A stretch of 64,000 bases of DNA from Flavobacteriales bacterium (GTDB lineage: Bacteria; Bacteroidota; Bacteroidia; Flavobacteriales_D; JBKBNH01). The DNA lies in contig JBKBNH010000006.1 of assembly GCA_046295395.1 (NCBI GenBank), positions 53,646-117,645 of the forward strand. The letters are read 5' to 3'. The notes under the pieces are model-generated. The model did no database searches, had not been told where the DNA came from, and worked only from the letters and a program-made list of their open reading frames with translations. Position 1 is the first letter of the stretch. Each line of letters starts with the position of its first letter. Position numbers and translations under genes: made by a program. Below, one piece after another: positions 1 to 9,058 of this stretch.

Positions 1-130
1 TTGCATTGTATAAACTTTCTCCTTTTGCTGAATCACCCTGAGCAAACATCTCATTAAAAGAGAGTGTACTCAACGTAAAAACTAAGACTGCGAAGGGTGT
101 GCTAAAACGCTTTAAAATTCCGTTTGTCAT
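1..130 (-). CDS. 5' end of a secreted protein that runs off the window (possibly a class I c-type cytochrome; function unproven)
   Basis: Not on the ORF track. The reverse complement from ATG (128-130) reads MTNGILKRFSTPFAVLVFTLSTLSFNEMFAQGDSAKGESLYNA. That is a signal peptide followed by GDxxKGExLY, the usual lead-in to a CxxCH haem site, which would lie outside the window. Confidence 0.45.
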   Translation of the reverse strand, partial: MTNGILKRFSTPFAVLVFTLSTLSFNEMFAQGDSAKGESLYNA

Positions 131-421
131 GCTATTTTGTATTTCGCTTGCCGTTAAAAATTGGCTTTTCTTCTCGTGGCAAAAATAACATAAGAATTAT
201 TCTAGGATTTCATTTTGTCATAAAATTGTCATTAGATGCGTTAATTTAAAATCATTCTAAATAAGTTGGTTGTAACAACGTGCATAGTTTAAGTGGATTA
301 ATAATTTTTCCATTAATTATATACTCCGAATAAATAATAAAATTCGAAACCAAAATAGCTGATATTGGCACGGTTTTATGGTAAATTCTACCTGTAAGCG
401 AAAATTCAACTTAATATAATA

Positions 422-429
422 TACTTTTG
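422..429 (+). promoter_or_regulatory. Candidate Bacteroidota -7 promoter box for the SPOR gene
   Basis: TACTTTTG fits TAnnTTTG and lies 40 nt upstream of ATG 469. No clear -33 TTG is present. Confidence 0.3.
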
Positions 430-468
430 CAAAAACTAGTTTTTGTAAACGGTTAAAAACTACTTCCT

Positions 469-960
469 ATGAGAATCATACTATTGCTAAGCATTGTAAC
501 GACTTCCATTAATTGTACTGCTCAGGACAATGAAAACAAGTGGCGTCTGTATAAGCCTAATGAAGAAAGAAATACTGACGTTAAAACAGATACTTCCAAA
601 CAGGGTGTTTTACTTATACATAAAAGCCCTCAGTTAGACACGCTGATTTCGTCTATAAAAAATGTGAAAGAATCAGAAGTGAAAATTGAGGGATTCACTG
701 TGCAAATTGCAATTTTTCAGAAGAGTGCTGATGTAAACAGACTTCAAGCAGAATTTTTAAAAAGACACCCCGAAGTTCCAACAAAAATAGATTATAAACA
801 ACCTAATTTCAGATTGAGAGTAGGTCGGTTTTATGATAGATTGTCTGCGGAAAGCTTTTTAAGTGAAATAGCAAATCAATATCCAGGGGCTTTGGTTATT
901 AAAGATCAAATTGAACTCCCCGTTCTGCCCGAAAAGAAGCCTATTGAAAACCCAGAATAA
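469..960 (+). CDS. SPOR domain-containing secreted protein
   Basis: N-terminal signal peptide. The C-terminal part, FTVQIAIFQKSADVNRLQAEFLKRHP...FRLRVGRFYDRLSAESFLSEIANQYPGALVIKD, has the SPOR pattern. Confidence 0.75.
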   Translation: MRIILLLSIVTTSINCTAQDNENKWRLYKPNEERNTDVKTDTSKQGVLLIHKSPQLDTLISSIKNVKESEVKIEGFTVQIAIFQKSADVNRLQAEFLKRHPEVPTKIDYKQPNFRLRVGRFYDRLSAESFLSEIANQYPGALVIKDQIELPVLPEKKPIENPE

Positions 961-982
961 AATTGTTGAATCAAGAGGAAAT

Positions 983-1014
983 AAAAATGGGTAGTAATAT
1001 TACTACCCATTTTT
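983..1014. terminator. Bidirectional intrinsic terminator between convergent genes
   Basis: Perfect 10-bp stem ATGGGTAGTA (987-996) / TACTACCCAT (1001-1010) with loop ATAT. An A-run lies upstream and a T-run downstream. Confidence 0.8.
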
Positions 1015-1041
1015 ATTTATCTCGCTTGAAACCAAGCATTC

Positions 1042-3165
1042 TTATCGTTGTTGAATAAATTCTCTACGTTTTCTTAAATCTTTAACATTATTCATATCAT
1101 AAAGCGCCTGACCAGCACCAAATGAAACCCTATTTCTTAAAACCTCTTGCATCTCATTTTTATTTGCTGAATAGTCCTCTAAAGGGGCTGCCGCAAACTT
1201 GCTTACCAACTGCACTACATAAACACCGTCTCTTCCTTCAATTGGGCTTGAAAGCTGCCCTTCTTTAAGCGCAAAGGCTCTGGCTACAACTTTATGTTCA
1301 TTAAATCCGGCTCCCTGAATATTAGGATTACTAACTGAAACATCAGAAGCAGTTTGAACCATTAAATTAGCTTTGCTCGCAAGATCAGTAATGCTTCCTG
1401 CCACCTGAAATTCAGCAATCATCATTTGTGCTTTTTTCTCTTTTATAACTTCAGGACGAATGATTTCTTTGGCTTGTGCGAAAGTAGGATCTCCCTCTTC
1501 TGTTTTTTCTGTTAATTGGGCTACTATAACTCTTTCGCCAATAAACTCAGGCTCTGACACATCTCCAATCTTAGCATTAAATGCCCATCTTGTTAGATTA
1601 AAATTAGAGGGCAGGCCCGATCTGAACTGGGGTGATTTAAGTGGTAATTTTGCCTCCTCCTTAACTCTTAAACCCAAGCCTTCGGCTATTGTGGCCAAAT
1701 CACCACCAGTGGTGATTATAGAGTCGAATATCTCTATGGCCTGAGCATAGTAGTCGTCCATCGTTTCTTTTCCGGGTCTAAGTCTGTTGTCTACAAGAGC
1801 AGCTTTAATACGCTTGCCCTCTCGTTGACCTAAAACCTCAACGATATGATAGCCATAGGTCGTTTTTACAATTCCAACGGACCCTGCCGGCTTGTCAAAA
1901 CTAAAATCTTCAAATTCAGTGACCATTCTGCCTTTGGGGAACCATTCGTAAACACCCCCATTTGGAACTGACGCATAGTCCTGAGAAAACTCAGAAACCA
2001 TCTCGTCGAAATTTTTCTTCGTTTTAATGACATTCAGTATACTGTCTGTTCTTTTCTTAATTTTCACATCTTCCTCATCAACTCCACTTGTGGTAAGTAG
2101 TATGTGTCTTACTCTGGCTTCTTTCTCCATTTTCACGTCTTGCACTTTGGCAACGTAGAAAATATCACCCAATGGGTATGGCCCCAAAACGTCTCCGGGC
2201 TGGGCTAATTGAACGAGTTCATCCATTTCTGAGGGGAACATATTCGGATCTCTGAATTCAGAGTTATATGATTCTCTTTCTGCATAGCTCACAACGAACA
2301 ACGAATCGTTGCTAGTCTTTTTAAATTCTGCTGCCAAACGCTCCATTTTAGTCATGAGGTTTTTTCTATCATCAGGGGAAGGCACAACGTATATTTCGAA
2401 ATACTTGAATGAACGGGATTCCTCCTGCTCTAGCTTTTTAGACCCTTTATGTTTGTTGTAGTATTTTCTCAAATCTTCTTCAGTAATAACTACTGTAGAG
2501 TCTTCTATTTCGGAATATCTTTTAAACAAAAAATTAAACGATACTTTTTCATTTTTCTCTAAATAATCGCGCTGTGCTTCGTATTTATTAACATAAAGCC
2601 CCTTCATTATGTACCCGTTGTATTTATCCAACCTTCGTTGGTGCTTAACGGGCAGCTCTACACCTGTTCTCCAATTCGTGTCCTGAAGAGCAATGGGCAA
2701 GTATTTTCGAAGTGTATCTATATAAAACTGTCCATCCTGACTACTGAACATTCTCTTTATGTCTGGATTTATATTTTCTCCTTGTACCAAATCGTTCAAC
2801 TCATCTTTACAAACATAGATGCCCACTTTATCCATCTGTTGGATTAGAAGTGTATCGAACACCATTCCCATAAATACCTGCCCACGAATCATTTCAACTT
2901 CTGATTCAGAAAGCTCAGGATTCTGACCACTGTTTAATTTCTGTTGCTGTTGATTGCGGATTGCATTGGATACTCTCTGCTCATATCTCCATTTAAATCC
3001 ATCAATAGGTTGCGCGTTGATTTCACCGATAATATTATCTTGACCTGTTGGTCCTGAGTAATTTGTAAGGAAATCACTAAGAATAAAAAGAAATACTGAA
3101 ACTCCAACTGCCACCAAAAGCAGCCATGATTTTTCACGAATTTTGCCTATAACAGCCATTTTCAA
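1042..3165 (-). CDS. PpiD/SurA-like periplasmic peptidyl-prolyl isomerase chaperone, membrane anchored
   Basis: 707 aa with an N-terminal TM helix (SWLLLVAVGVSVFLFIL). Parvulin-type PPIase segment ARVRHILL...GGVYEWFPKGRMVTEFEDFSF...GYHIVEV. Confidence 0.8.
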   Translation of the reverse strand: MKMAVIGKIREKSWLLLVAVGVSVFLFILSDFLTNYSGPTGQDNIIGEINAQPIDGFKWRYEQRVSNAIRNQQQQKLNSGQNPELSESEVEMIRGQVFMGMVFDTLLIQQMDKVGIYVCKDELNDLVQGENINPDIKRMFSSQDGQFYIDTLRKYLPIALQDTNWRTGVELPVKHQRRLDKYNGYIMKGLYVNKYEAQRDYLEKNEKVSFNFLFKRYSEIEDSTVVITEEDLRKYYNKHKGSKKLEQEESRSFKYFEIYVVPSPDDRKNLMTKMERLAAEFKKTSNDSLFVVSYAERESYNSEFRDPNMFPSEMDELVQLAQPGDVLGPYPLGDIFYVAKVQDVKMEKEARVRHILLTTSGVDEEDVKIKKRTDSILNVIKTKKNFDEMVSEFSQDYASVPNGGVYEWFPKGRMVTEFEDFSFDKPAGSVGIVKTTYGYHIVEVLGQREGKRIKAALVDNRLRPGKETMDDYYAQAIEIFDSIITTGGDLATIAEGLGLRVKEEAKLPLKSPQFRSGLPSNFNLTRWAFNAKIGDVSEPEFIGERVIVAQLTEKTEEGDPTFAQAKEIIRPEVIKEKKAQMMIAEFQVAGSITDLASKANLMVQTASDVSVSNPNIQGAGFNEHKVVARAFALKEGQLSSPIEGRDGVYVVQLVSKFAAAPLEDYSANKNEMQEVLRNRVSFGAGQALYDMNNVKDLRKRREFIQQR

Positions 3166-3285
3166 TTAATTTATTAGGGGTGCGAATATACAACTGTAAA
3201 TCGACTTTAAAAAAAAGATTTTTATGTCTGTATTTTCTTCGACAAATACTACCCTAGCAAAGGCGATGATTGATAATTAAAAACT

Positions 3286-4548
3286 TTAGTTGTTTGGTAA
3301 TAATTCAACCTTTACCAACTCGATTTTGGTTCCTGTAGCTTTTTCAATAGTAAACAAAAACTTGTTTATTTGAACTTGTTCGTTTTCAGAAGGGATATCT
3401 CCGCTTCTATCCATTATTAGTCCAGCAAGAGTTTCGTAACTTTCTGCAACTGGAAGATTGAGTTTATACTTGTCGTTCAAGTAATTAATTTCCAATCTTG
3501 CACTAAGCAAGTATTCGTGTTCTGAAATTTTTTCTTCTATCTCGTCCTCTGTGTCATATTCATCATCAATTTCACCAAAAATTTGCTCCATAACATCCTC
3601 TATGGTTATAATTCCGGCTGTTCCGCCAAACTCATCAACTACAACTGCAATACTTCTTTTTTGGCCGATAAGTTGTTTTAAAACTTCACTGGCAGGCATT
3701 GTTTCAGGCAATACATTTACAGGAAGCAGAATAGATCTAATGTTTTCCGGGTTCTTAAAAAGCTCATAAGAATGGGCATAGCCAATAATATTATCAATAT
3801 CCTCTCGGTAAATCATTATTTTGGATAGCCCCGTGCTTATAAACTTATCTTTCAGATTATCAATAGTGTCTTCAATATCAACAGCTTCGATTTCTGTGCG
3901 AGGAATCATGCAATCTCTTGCCTTAACAGCATGAAAATTCAAGGCTTTTTGAAATATCTGAACTTCGTGGTCTAGTTCTTCAGGATTCTTACTGTTTTGA
4001 GCCGATTCTCGCAAAAACAAATCTAAATCCAACTTGCCAAAATTATAGGCCTCCAGCTGTGCGGAGGATGAGAAAAACACCTTGATTAATAGCTTTGATA
4101 TTCCGATAATAACTATAGTCGGTATAAATAAAACAAGAGTTAATACTACCAAAGGAAATGCAAAAAGATAAAGCGTAGAATTAGGGTTTATTATGAAAAG
4201 AATTTTAGGTGTAAATTCAGCTGTAAAGACTATTATTATTGTAGAAATAACTGTTTGGCTAACTAACATTAAAGCGTCGCCCATGACTACAAAAGAAGAC
4301 AGGGTCTGAACTAGCGTGCCCCCCATGTAAACGCCATAAATGACAAGAGCTACATTATTTCCAACCAACATTGCTGTAATAAAAAACGATGGTCGTTGAA
4401 GGAAAAAGGAAATGATTCGCGCATTAACAGAACCCTGTTTACTATCAATCTCTAGCTTTAGTCTGTTTGCAGTAACAAAGGCTATTTCAATGCCTGAAAA
4501 AAATGCAGAAAATAAAATGGAAACAATAATAAGAAGACAACTATCCAT
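3286..4548 (-). CDS. Hemolysin-family membrane protein (DUF21 + CBS pair + CorC/HlyC C-terminal domain)
   Basis: 420 aa with four N-terminal TM helices. It has a CBS region (ARDCMIPRTEIEAVD...) and VVDEFGGTAGIITIEDVMEQIFGEIDDEYD, typical of the CorC/TlyC/GldE family. Confidence 0.8.
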   Translation of the reverse strand: MDSCLLIIVSILFSAFFSGIEIAFVTANRLKLEIDSKQGSVNARIISFFLQRPSFFITAMLVGNNVALVIYGVYMGGTLVQTLSSFVVMGDALMLVSQTVISTIIIVFTAEFTPKILFIINPNSTLYLFAFPLVVLTLVLFIPTIVIIGISKLLIKVFFSSSAQLEAYNFGKLDLDLFLRESAQNSKNPEELDHEVQIFQKALNFHAVKARDCMIPRTEIEAVDIEDTIDNLKDKFISTGLSKIMIYREDIDNIIGYAHSYELFKNPENIRSILLPVNVLPETMPASEVLKQLIGQKRSIAVVVDEFGGTAGIITIEDVMEQIFGEIDDEYDTEDEIEEKISEHEYLLSARLEINYLNDKYKLNLPVAESYETLAGLIMDRSGDIPSENEQVQINKFLFTIEKATGTKIELVKVELLPNN

Positions 4549-4568
4549 ATGCTGAATAATGAATAACC

Positions 4569-4820
4569 CTATTTTGGGTCGTTGTTTTTCAGGTTCATAT
4601 TTCTTTCAACTCTTCTTCTTAACCACCTTCTGAGTAAGTAGTAAGAAAAAGCAATAAGCACAATGATTAAATAGGCAGAGGCTGTTTCTGCACCATCGCG
4701 AATAAAAATAACTACCGTAAATATAAATGTTACGATGCTTATTGAAAGCCAAACCATTTCGGATATTTTATTTACCGTCTGAAAGGTTGTTTGGGATTGG
4801 TTATTCTTCTTCTTGGTCAT
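4569..4820 (-). CDS. Small two-TM membrane protein, unknown function
   Basis: 83 aa with two hydrophobic helices and basic termini. It overlaps the upstream gene's end by 20 nt and sits in the operon. Confidence 0.5.
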   Translation of the reverse strand: MTKKKNNQSQTTFQTVNKISEMVWLSISIVTFIFTVVIFIRDGAETASAYLIIVLIAFSYYLLRRWLRRRVERNMNLKNNDPK

Positions 4821-5379
4821 CTATGTATACCTCTGAGTTTTCTACTTTATTAAACTTATATTTCGTAAAGGTAAGGTTTGAAATTAATTCGTTAGCTGCA
4901 ATTTTTCCGGTTTCTGATGTAATCGTAAAAAACTTATCTGTATAAACACTGTCTCGCTCAAAATACAGGTGCAGTTGCTCTGTATTAAGTCGTTCATTCT
5001 TATTGTTACTAAAGACGACATCGTTTTTTACCATCATGTATCCTTTAGATTCATACAGGATTCCATAATTTGCTTTTAGCACTGATTCTATCTGCTGAAG
5101 AGAATCAAAAAATGTAACCTCAAGCCCCAATGGCCATTCCAGTCGGGGGTTTGATTCATCATCAAACTTATCTACTCTGGGCGATTGCATTCTGAGCGTG
5201 CTCCTGCCATTATCAGTATACAGCATGTCCACCCCCTCTGTAGTTTCTGAAGGGGCTTTTTTATCTACTGTAACAGCCTGAATTTGCTCCAACTCGTTGC
5301 TACATGAATAAAAAAGAATTCCGGCAATAACAATTGCCGGAATCACTTTAGCTTTATTAAACGTCTTGGTGTAAGACAT
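4801..5379 (-). CDS. lptC: LptC-like LPS export periplasmic protein
   Basis: 192 aa. It has an N-terminal anchor or lipobox (ILFYSC) and size and beta-rich OstA-like sequence typical of Bacteroidota LptC. Its position between the TPR and CorC genes is conserved. Assignment is by resemblance only. Confidence 0.55.
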   Translation of the reverse strand: MSYTKTFNKAKVIPAIVIAGILFYSCSNELEQIQAVTVDKKAPSETTEGVDMLYTDNGRSTLRMQSPRVDKFDDESNPRLEWPLGLEVTFFDSLQQIESVLKANYGILYESKGYMMVKNDVVFSNNKNERLNTEQLHLYFERDSVYTDKFFTITSETGKIAANELISNLTFTKYKFNKVENSEVYIDDQEEE

Positions 5380-5384
5380 ATTAC

Positions 5385-6686
5385 TTAATCTCTAGTTCTT
5401 ACTGTGGTTGTTTCGTTTATCCAACAACCAACTTTATAGCTCTCACCTTCTTTGTAGCCAAAGGTAAAGGCGTCTCCTTTCGATGGTAAATTACTTTTGT
5501 ATGCATTGTAGAGAGCGTTGGCTTTACTAGAAACTGAACCATCGGCAGATTTTGCCTTGTCGCAATAGTCCATCGCAAGAGAGTAGGTTAGTCTGCGTTG
5601 CGTGTCATTTTCTCCACAATCGTTAGCAGAGGCTGCAATTGCCTTGGCTATAATTAAGTAGGCTTCGCCTCTGTTGATTCCTGAATTTATCATTCTTTTT
5701 GCGTAATTAACAGCTGTTGAATGTCTTCCACTTGCAGAAGATGTTTGGGCAGCCATATCCAAATATTTGCTCAATTCCGGACAATCTCCGCACAAACTCA
5801 GCGCCTCATCGAAATATTTAAATGCTTCATTGTATTTTTTCTTGTTGGCATACATTACCCCAAGGTTGTATGCTGTGGCATGGGTGGGTGATTTTTTATG
5901 CATATTTTCAGCAATTGCCACATAAACCCCCTCTGTACAGCCTTTTGAGCCTAACAAGTTTAACAACTTATTGTTAGTCGCATCGTCTTCTTTGTTTTTT
6001 TCGTACTGAGACTTTGCAATTTCTTCTAATTTGCCACAATCTAAATACGGCGCAGCCACTCTATCTAAAAAATCCTGAGCTCCTTTATAGTATTGAGCCA
6101 AATTGTCATTTTTAATATTAACATCATTTACATCGCTTAACATTAAGTATTCATCTATCAAAAACTCTGCTTGTTTTTTCTTGGCCTTTACCATAATATC
6201 AGTAGAAAGGAAATAGTATTGAACATCTCCCGGCGAAGATTTTTCTTGGTTGGCTGTAATTGCCTTTTTTAAGGAGTTGTGTGCCTTTTCGTAATGTATC
6301 TTAGGTCTGTAACGCATCAAGTCGTTACCATACTTGGACAGCATTTCGGGTGTTTCACCAAATAGCTCCATGCCTCGTTCGTAAACCCAGACTAGGGAAT
6401 CTATAAGGGTCTCTTTGCGTTTTTCATCGGTAGTTCTTCCAATCACGTCGCCGTATAAAAATGCACCATTTGAATATAACGACTCTTTTACTTTTGGGCA
6501 TTCAGCAACAACCTCTTTCCAGTATTTCAGGGATTCATCATATTCCTTTTGGCGTAAATAATCGTTGTATAACACATAACTTCTTTTGCACTCCGGAGAA
6601 AAATTTTCCCAATTGATGTCGTCTTGCTGAGCAAGCGCCGGCTGAACTGCTACTAATGCGATTACACCTAAAACTACCTTCTTCAT
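5385..6686 (-). CDS. Tetratricopeptide-repeat protein, secreted
   Basis: 433 aa with signal peptide (VAVQPALAQ). It has repeated A/Y/L-spaced helical pairs such as YNLGVMYANKKKYNEAFKYFDEAL. Confidence 0.7.
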   Translation of the reverse strand: MKKVVLGVIALVAVQPALAQQDDINWENFSPECKRSYVLYNDYLRQKEYDESLKYWKEVVAECPKVKESLYSNGAFLYGDVIGRTTDEKRKETLIDSLVWVYERGMELFGETPEMLSKYGNDLMRYRPKIHYEKAHNSLKKAITANQEKSSPGDVQYYFLSTDIMVKAKKKQAEFLIDEYLMLSDVNDVNIKNDNLAQYYKGAQDFLDRVAAPYLDCGKLEEIAKSQYEKNKEDDATNNKLLNLLGSKGCTEGVYVAIAENMHKKSPTHATAYNLGVMYANKKKYNEAFKYFDEALSLCGDCPELSKYLDMAAQTSSASGRHSTAVNYAKRMINSGINRGEAYLIIAKAIAASANDCGENDTQRRLTYSLAMDYCDKAKSADGSVSSKANALYNAYKSNLPSKGDAFTFGYKEGESYKVGCWINETTTVRTRD

Positions 6687-6698
6687 ATCTTTTCTTTA

Positions 6699-8105
6699 TT
6701 AGTCATATTTGTATTTAAAAAACCACCTTTCGTACTTAATGTCGGGTGTTATTACTATTCCTAGTCTAACTGTTGCAAACCTTTCGCTAATGGGGGAGTC
6801 CGACACACGGCCTCTCCTACCAAGTTCCATGCCGAAGTTGATAGATGAAAATGTTCTGGATGGGGTTAAAGGAATTGACAATCCAAATGATACGGCATCA
6901 CTAATAAGGGGGGTTCCGTTAAAATTTAGTGGTAAATTGGTTCTGTTAACTCCAATCATATATGTAGTTGCCGAGAGGCTACTTACTTTATTTCCGCGTT
7001 GAGCCGCATCAAGTTTTTTGAAAGACCTATACATAAATCCTAATCTTATAGCACTTAGTGACGTTAAATCATTTGCTTTTATTCCGCTTGTCGAGAAGTT
7101 TTCCTGATACCCCTCCCAGTTTTCCAAATCGTACTGGGCTGAAAGAGTAAAGTCTTTGTTAAAGGAAACAAAACCTCCCAGTGTTAATTTCCAGGGCATT
7201 TGAATAGTTCCCTTTTCATCAAAGAGCGCAGCGATGGTATCGTTGATAATATCTCTGAATCCAAACTTTGTGTAGGTGTAGGCGAATTCATCCCTTCTTG
7301 CTCTTACATTTCCGCCCAAATCATACGAAGCACCAAAACCATATCTAAAAAACTCTTTTCTGACAGTCTTTGAATTGCCCTTGTCATCTACTTGCACCGT
7401 ATTTTTCCTGTATGCCGCTTCGAACTGTGTCCCTGCTCTATATATCACATCATTAACAAAAAGGCTGTTTTTAACTCTTAGATTACTATAGTTTGTGTTA
7501 GAGAACTCTACACTACGCTGGTAATTTATCGCTCCGAATAAGAAAGACGCCTGAGCGCCTACTGACAGTCTTAATGAATCCCCCTTTTGAATAAGTCCAT
7601 AACCCGTTGAAAGGAACAGATTGTTCAACCCTCCGCTTCCTTCATATATAAATCTGGTTCTTCCGGCGCCATCTACCTGCTGCTCTGAAAACACATCGTA
7701 TCCAACATTAGTATATGGCCTGAGACCTAAAACTATGCCCCAGTTTTGAGCCACGGGCAGACCAAGAGCCAATCCACTCAACCCCAAAGAAGACTCTCGT
7801 GTCATACCTTCAGATGATTCCATTTCCACCATTTTACCATCTAGACTTGCGTCAAAAATTGCCGTATGTGTCCTGAAAGACGAATTGCCGGCAGGATTTA
7901 AATAGTTGATTTGTGAGTTGAATGAAAAAGGTGTGGATATACCTGCCATCCCCTGAAAAAACACAGCAGAATTGCTGCTAAAATCACCCAAAGCATACCT
8001 TGAATAAGGCGAGGTTCCTGTAGTTTGTGCCAAAATAGGAGCGGGAAAAACCGCTACTAACAAAGTGGTCTTAATGTAGTTTTTTATTGTGTTCCAGTAT
8101 GGCAT
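6699..8105 (-). CDS. Outer-membrane beta-barrel protein, unknown function
   Basis: 468 aa with signal peptide (VFPAPILAQ). It has long runs of alternating hydrophobic residues and G/S/N/Y-rich turns. Its start overlaps the coaX stop by 35 nt. Confidence 0.65.
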   Translation of the reverse strand: MPYWNTIKNYIKTTLLVAVFPAPILAQTTGTSPYSRYALGDFSSNSAVFFQGMAGISTPFSFNSQINYLNPAGNSSFRTHTAIFDASLDGKMVEMESSEGMTRESSLGLSGLALGLPVAQNWGIVLGLRPYTNVGYDVFSEQQVDGAGRTRFIYEGSGGLNNLFLSTGYGLIQKGDSLRLSVGAQASFLFGAINYQRSVEFSNTNYSNLRVKNSLFVNDVIYRAGTQFEAAYRKNTVQVDDKGNSKTVRKEFFRYGFGASYDLGGNVRARRDEFAYTYTKFGFRDIINDTIAALFDEKGTIQMPWKLTLGGFVSFNKDFTLSAQYDLENWEGYQENFSTSGIKANDLTSLSAIRLGFMYRSFKKLDAAQRGNKVSSLSATTYMIGVNRTNLPLNFNGTPLISDAVSFGLSIPLTPSRTFSSINFGMELGRRGRVSDSPISERFATVRLGIVITPDIKYERWFFKYKYD

Positions 8106-8793
8106 TTAGTCCTATTAAGGTTAAAAAAGGGTGTGCAAAGATGCTATTTTTTAGTGCTTTCTCAAAAAATACTGCTTCTCCACCGGTTAAGATAACGTTA
8201 ACAGCAGGATAATCTTGTTTAAAAAGATTTATATAGCCAAGTATTTCGTTCAACAAGCCCATGTAAACCCCCGAAGAAATTGAATCGTAGGTGTTGTTTC
8301 CAAGAAAATTGTTGGTAGTTGTGTCTTTTAAAAGAGGTAATCTCTCGGTAAAGTGGTTTAATGCCTTATACCTCATTTTAAATCCCGGAGATATTGCCCC
8401 ACCTTTATACTCACCATCAGAATTAATAAAATCATATTTCACGCAAGTCCCCATGTCTATAATTAACGAATTCGACTTCGGATATAACAAATGAGCTCCA
8501 ACGGCATTTGCAAGCCGATCCTTACCTAAAGTTTCGGGAGTTTGATAATTATTACGTATAGGAATTGGCGTATTATGGGTTAATTCCATAGCATCTGCTT
8601 GTATGAGTCTTGTTATTTCAGAGGCATTTTCGCCAACTGAACTTATGATAAAATGGTGTATTTCGTTTTCCTGTGTAAAGTCTATCAACTGTTGTTTTTG
8701 ATTTTTACTGAACGACTTTACAGAAGTCAAATCTTTACTCTCAAAAAACGCCGCTTTGTAATGTGTATTTCCTATATCAATAATAAGATTCAA
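8071..8793 (-). CDS. coaX: Type III pantothenate kinase
   Basis: MNLIIDIGNTHYKAAFF N-terminal phosphate-1 motif, GKDRLANAVGA, IIDMGTCVKYD and a TGG motif. Size is 240 aa. Confidence 0.9.
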   Translation of the reverse strand: MNLIIDIGNTHYKAAFFESKDLTSVKSFSKNQKQQLIDFTQENEIHHFIISSVGENASEITRLIQADAMELTHNTPIPIRNNYQTPETLGKDRLANAVGAHLLYPKSNSLIIDMGTCVKYDFINSDGEYKGGAISPGFKMRYKALNHFTERLPLLKDTTTNNFLGNNTYDSISSGVYMGLLNEILGYINLFKQDYPAVNVILTGGEAVFFEKALKNSIFAHPFLTLIGLNAILEHNKKLH

Positions 8794-8884
8794 AGTAAGT
8801 AGTAAGAGTTATACAAAAAAGCAGTTTTAACCAATATAGTTGACTACGAATGTAGTTTTTTTTGATAAAGTTAGAGTGGATAAC

Positions 8885-8913
8885 TTGATTTTTAAAAATA
8901 TGTTATAAATTTG
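8885..8913 (+). promoter_or_regulatory. Bacteroidota-type promoter for tRNA-Phe
   Basis: TTG (8885-8887), an 18-nt spacer, then TAAATTTG (8906-8913), which fits TAnnTTTG. The box ends 24 nt before the tRNA 5' end. Confidence 0.55.
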
Positions 8914-8937
8914 CGCTCGCTTATTTAAAAAGCAACT

Positions 8938-9010
8938 GGTGCCTTAGCTCAGTTGGTAGAGCAAAGGACTGAAAATCCTTGTGTCCCTGGTTCGATTCCT
9001 GGAGGCACCA
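8938..9010 (+). tRNA. tRNA-Phe (anticodon GAA)
   Basis: Acceptor stem GGTGCCT/AGGCACC with discriminator A. D-arm GCTCAGTTGGTAGAGC. Anticodon stem AAGGA/TCCTT with loop CTGAAAA. T-arm CCTGG-TTCGATT-CCTGG has one central U-U mismatch. CCA is not encoded. Confidence 0.93.
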
Positions 9011-9024
9011 CCTGAAAAGTACCG

Positions 9025-9058
9025 AAGAGCCTGGAAATATTCAGGCTCTTTTTATTTT
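9025..9058. terminator. Intrinsic terminator shared by tRNA-Phe and the convergent FISUMP gene
   Basis: Stem AAGAGCCTG (9025-9033) / CAGGCTCTT (9042-9050) followed by TTTATTTT. The stop of the minus-strand ORF (9052) lies in the T-tract. Confidence 0.75.

Noticed and set aside
129-188. A 19-codon ORF (MLFCISLAVKNWLFFSWQK) in the first intergenic region.
   Set aside because: It is too short, has no supporting signal, and overlaps the start codon of the minus-strand gene.
124-232. Three copies of TTGTCAT (124-130, 215-221, 226-232). The last two are 11 bp apart, as for an operator.
   Set aside because: The motif is only 7 bp in AT-rich DNA, and one copy is just the start codon context (ATGACAA) of the minus-strand gene. 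Chance occurrence cannot be excluded without comparative data.
3286-4548. Naming the CBS/CorC membrane protein GldE.
   Set aside because: As I recall, gldE in Flavobacterium johnsoniae is linked to gldD and ssb, not to lptC and ppiD. The family has several paralogues, so I kept only the family-level call.
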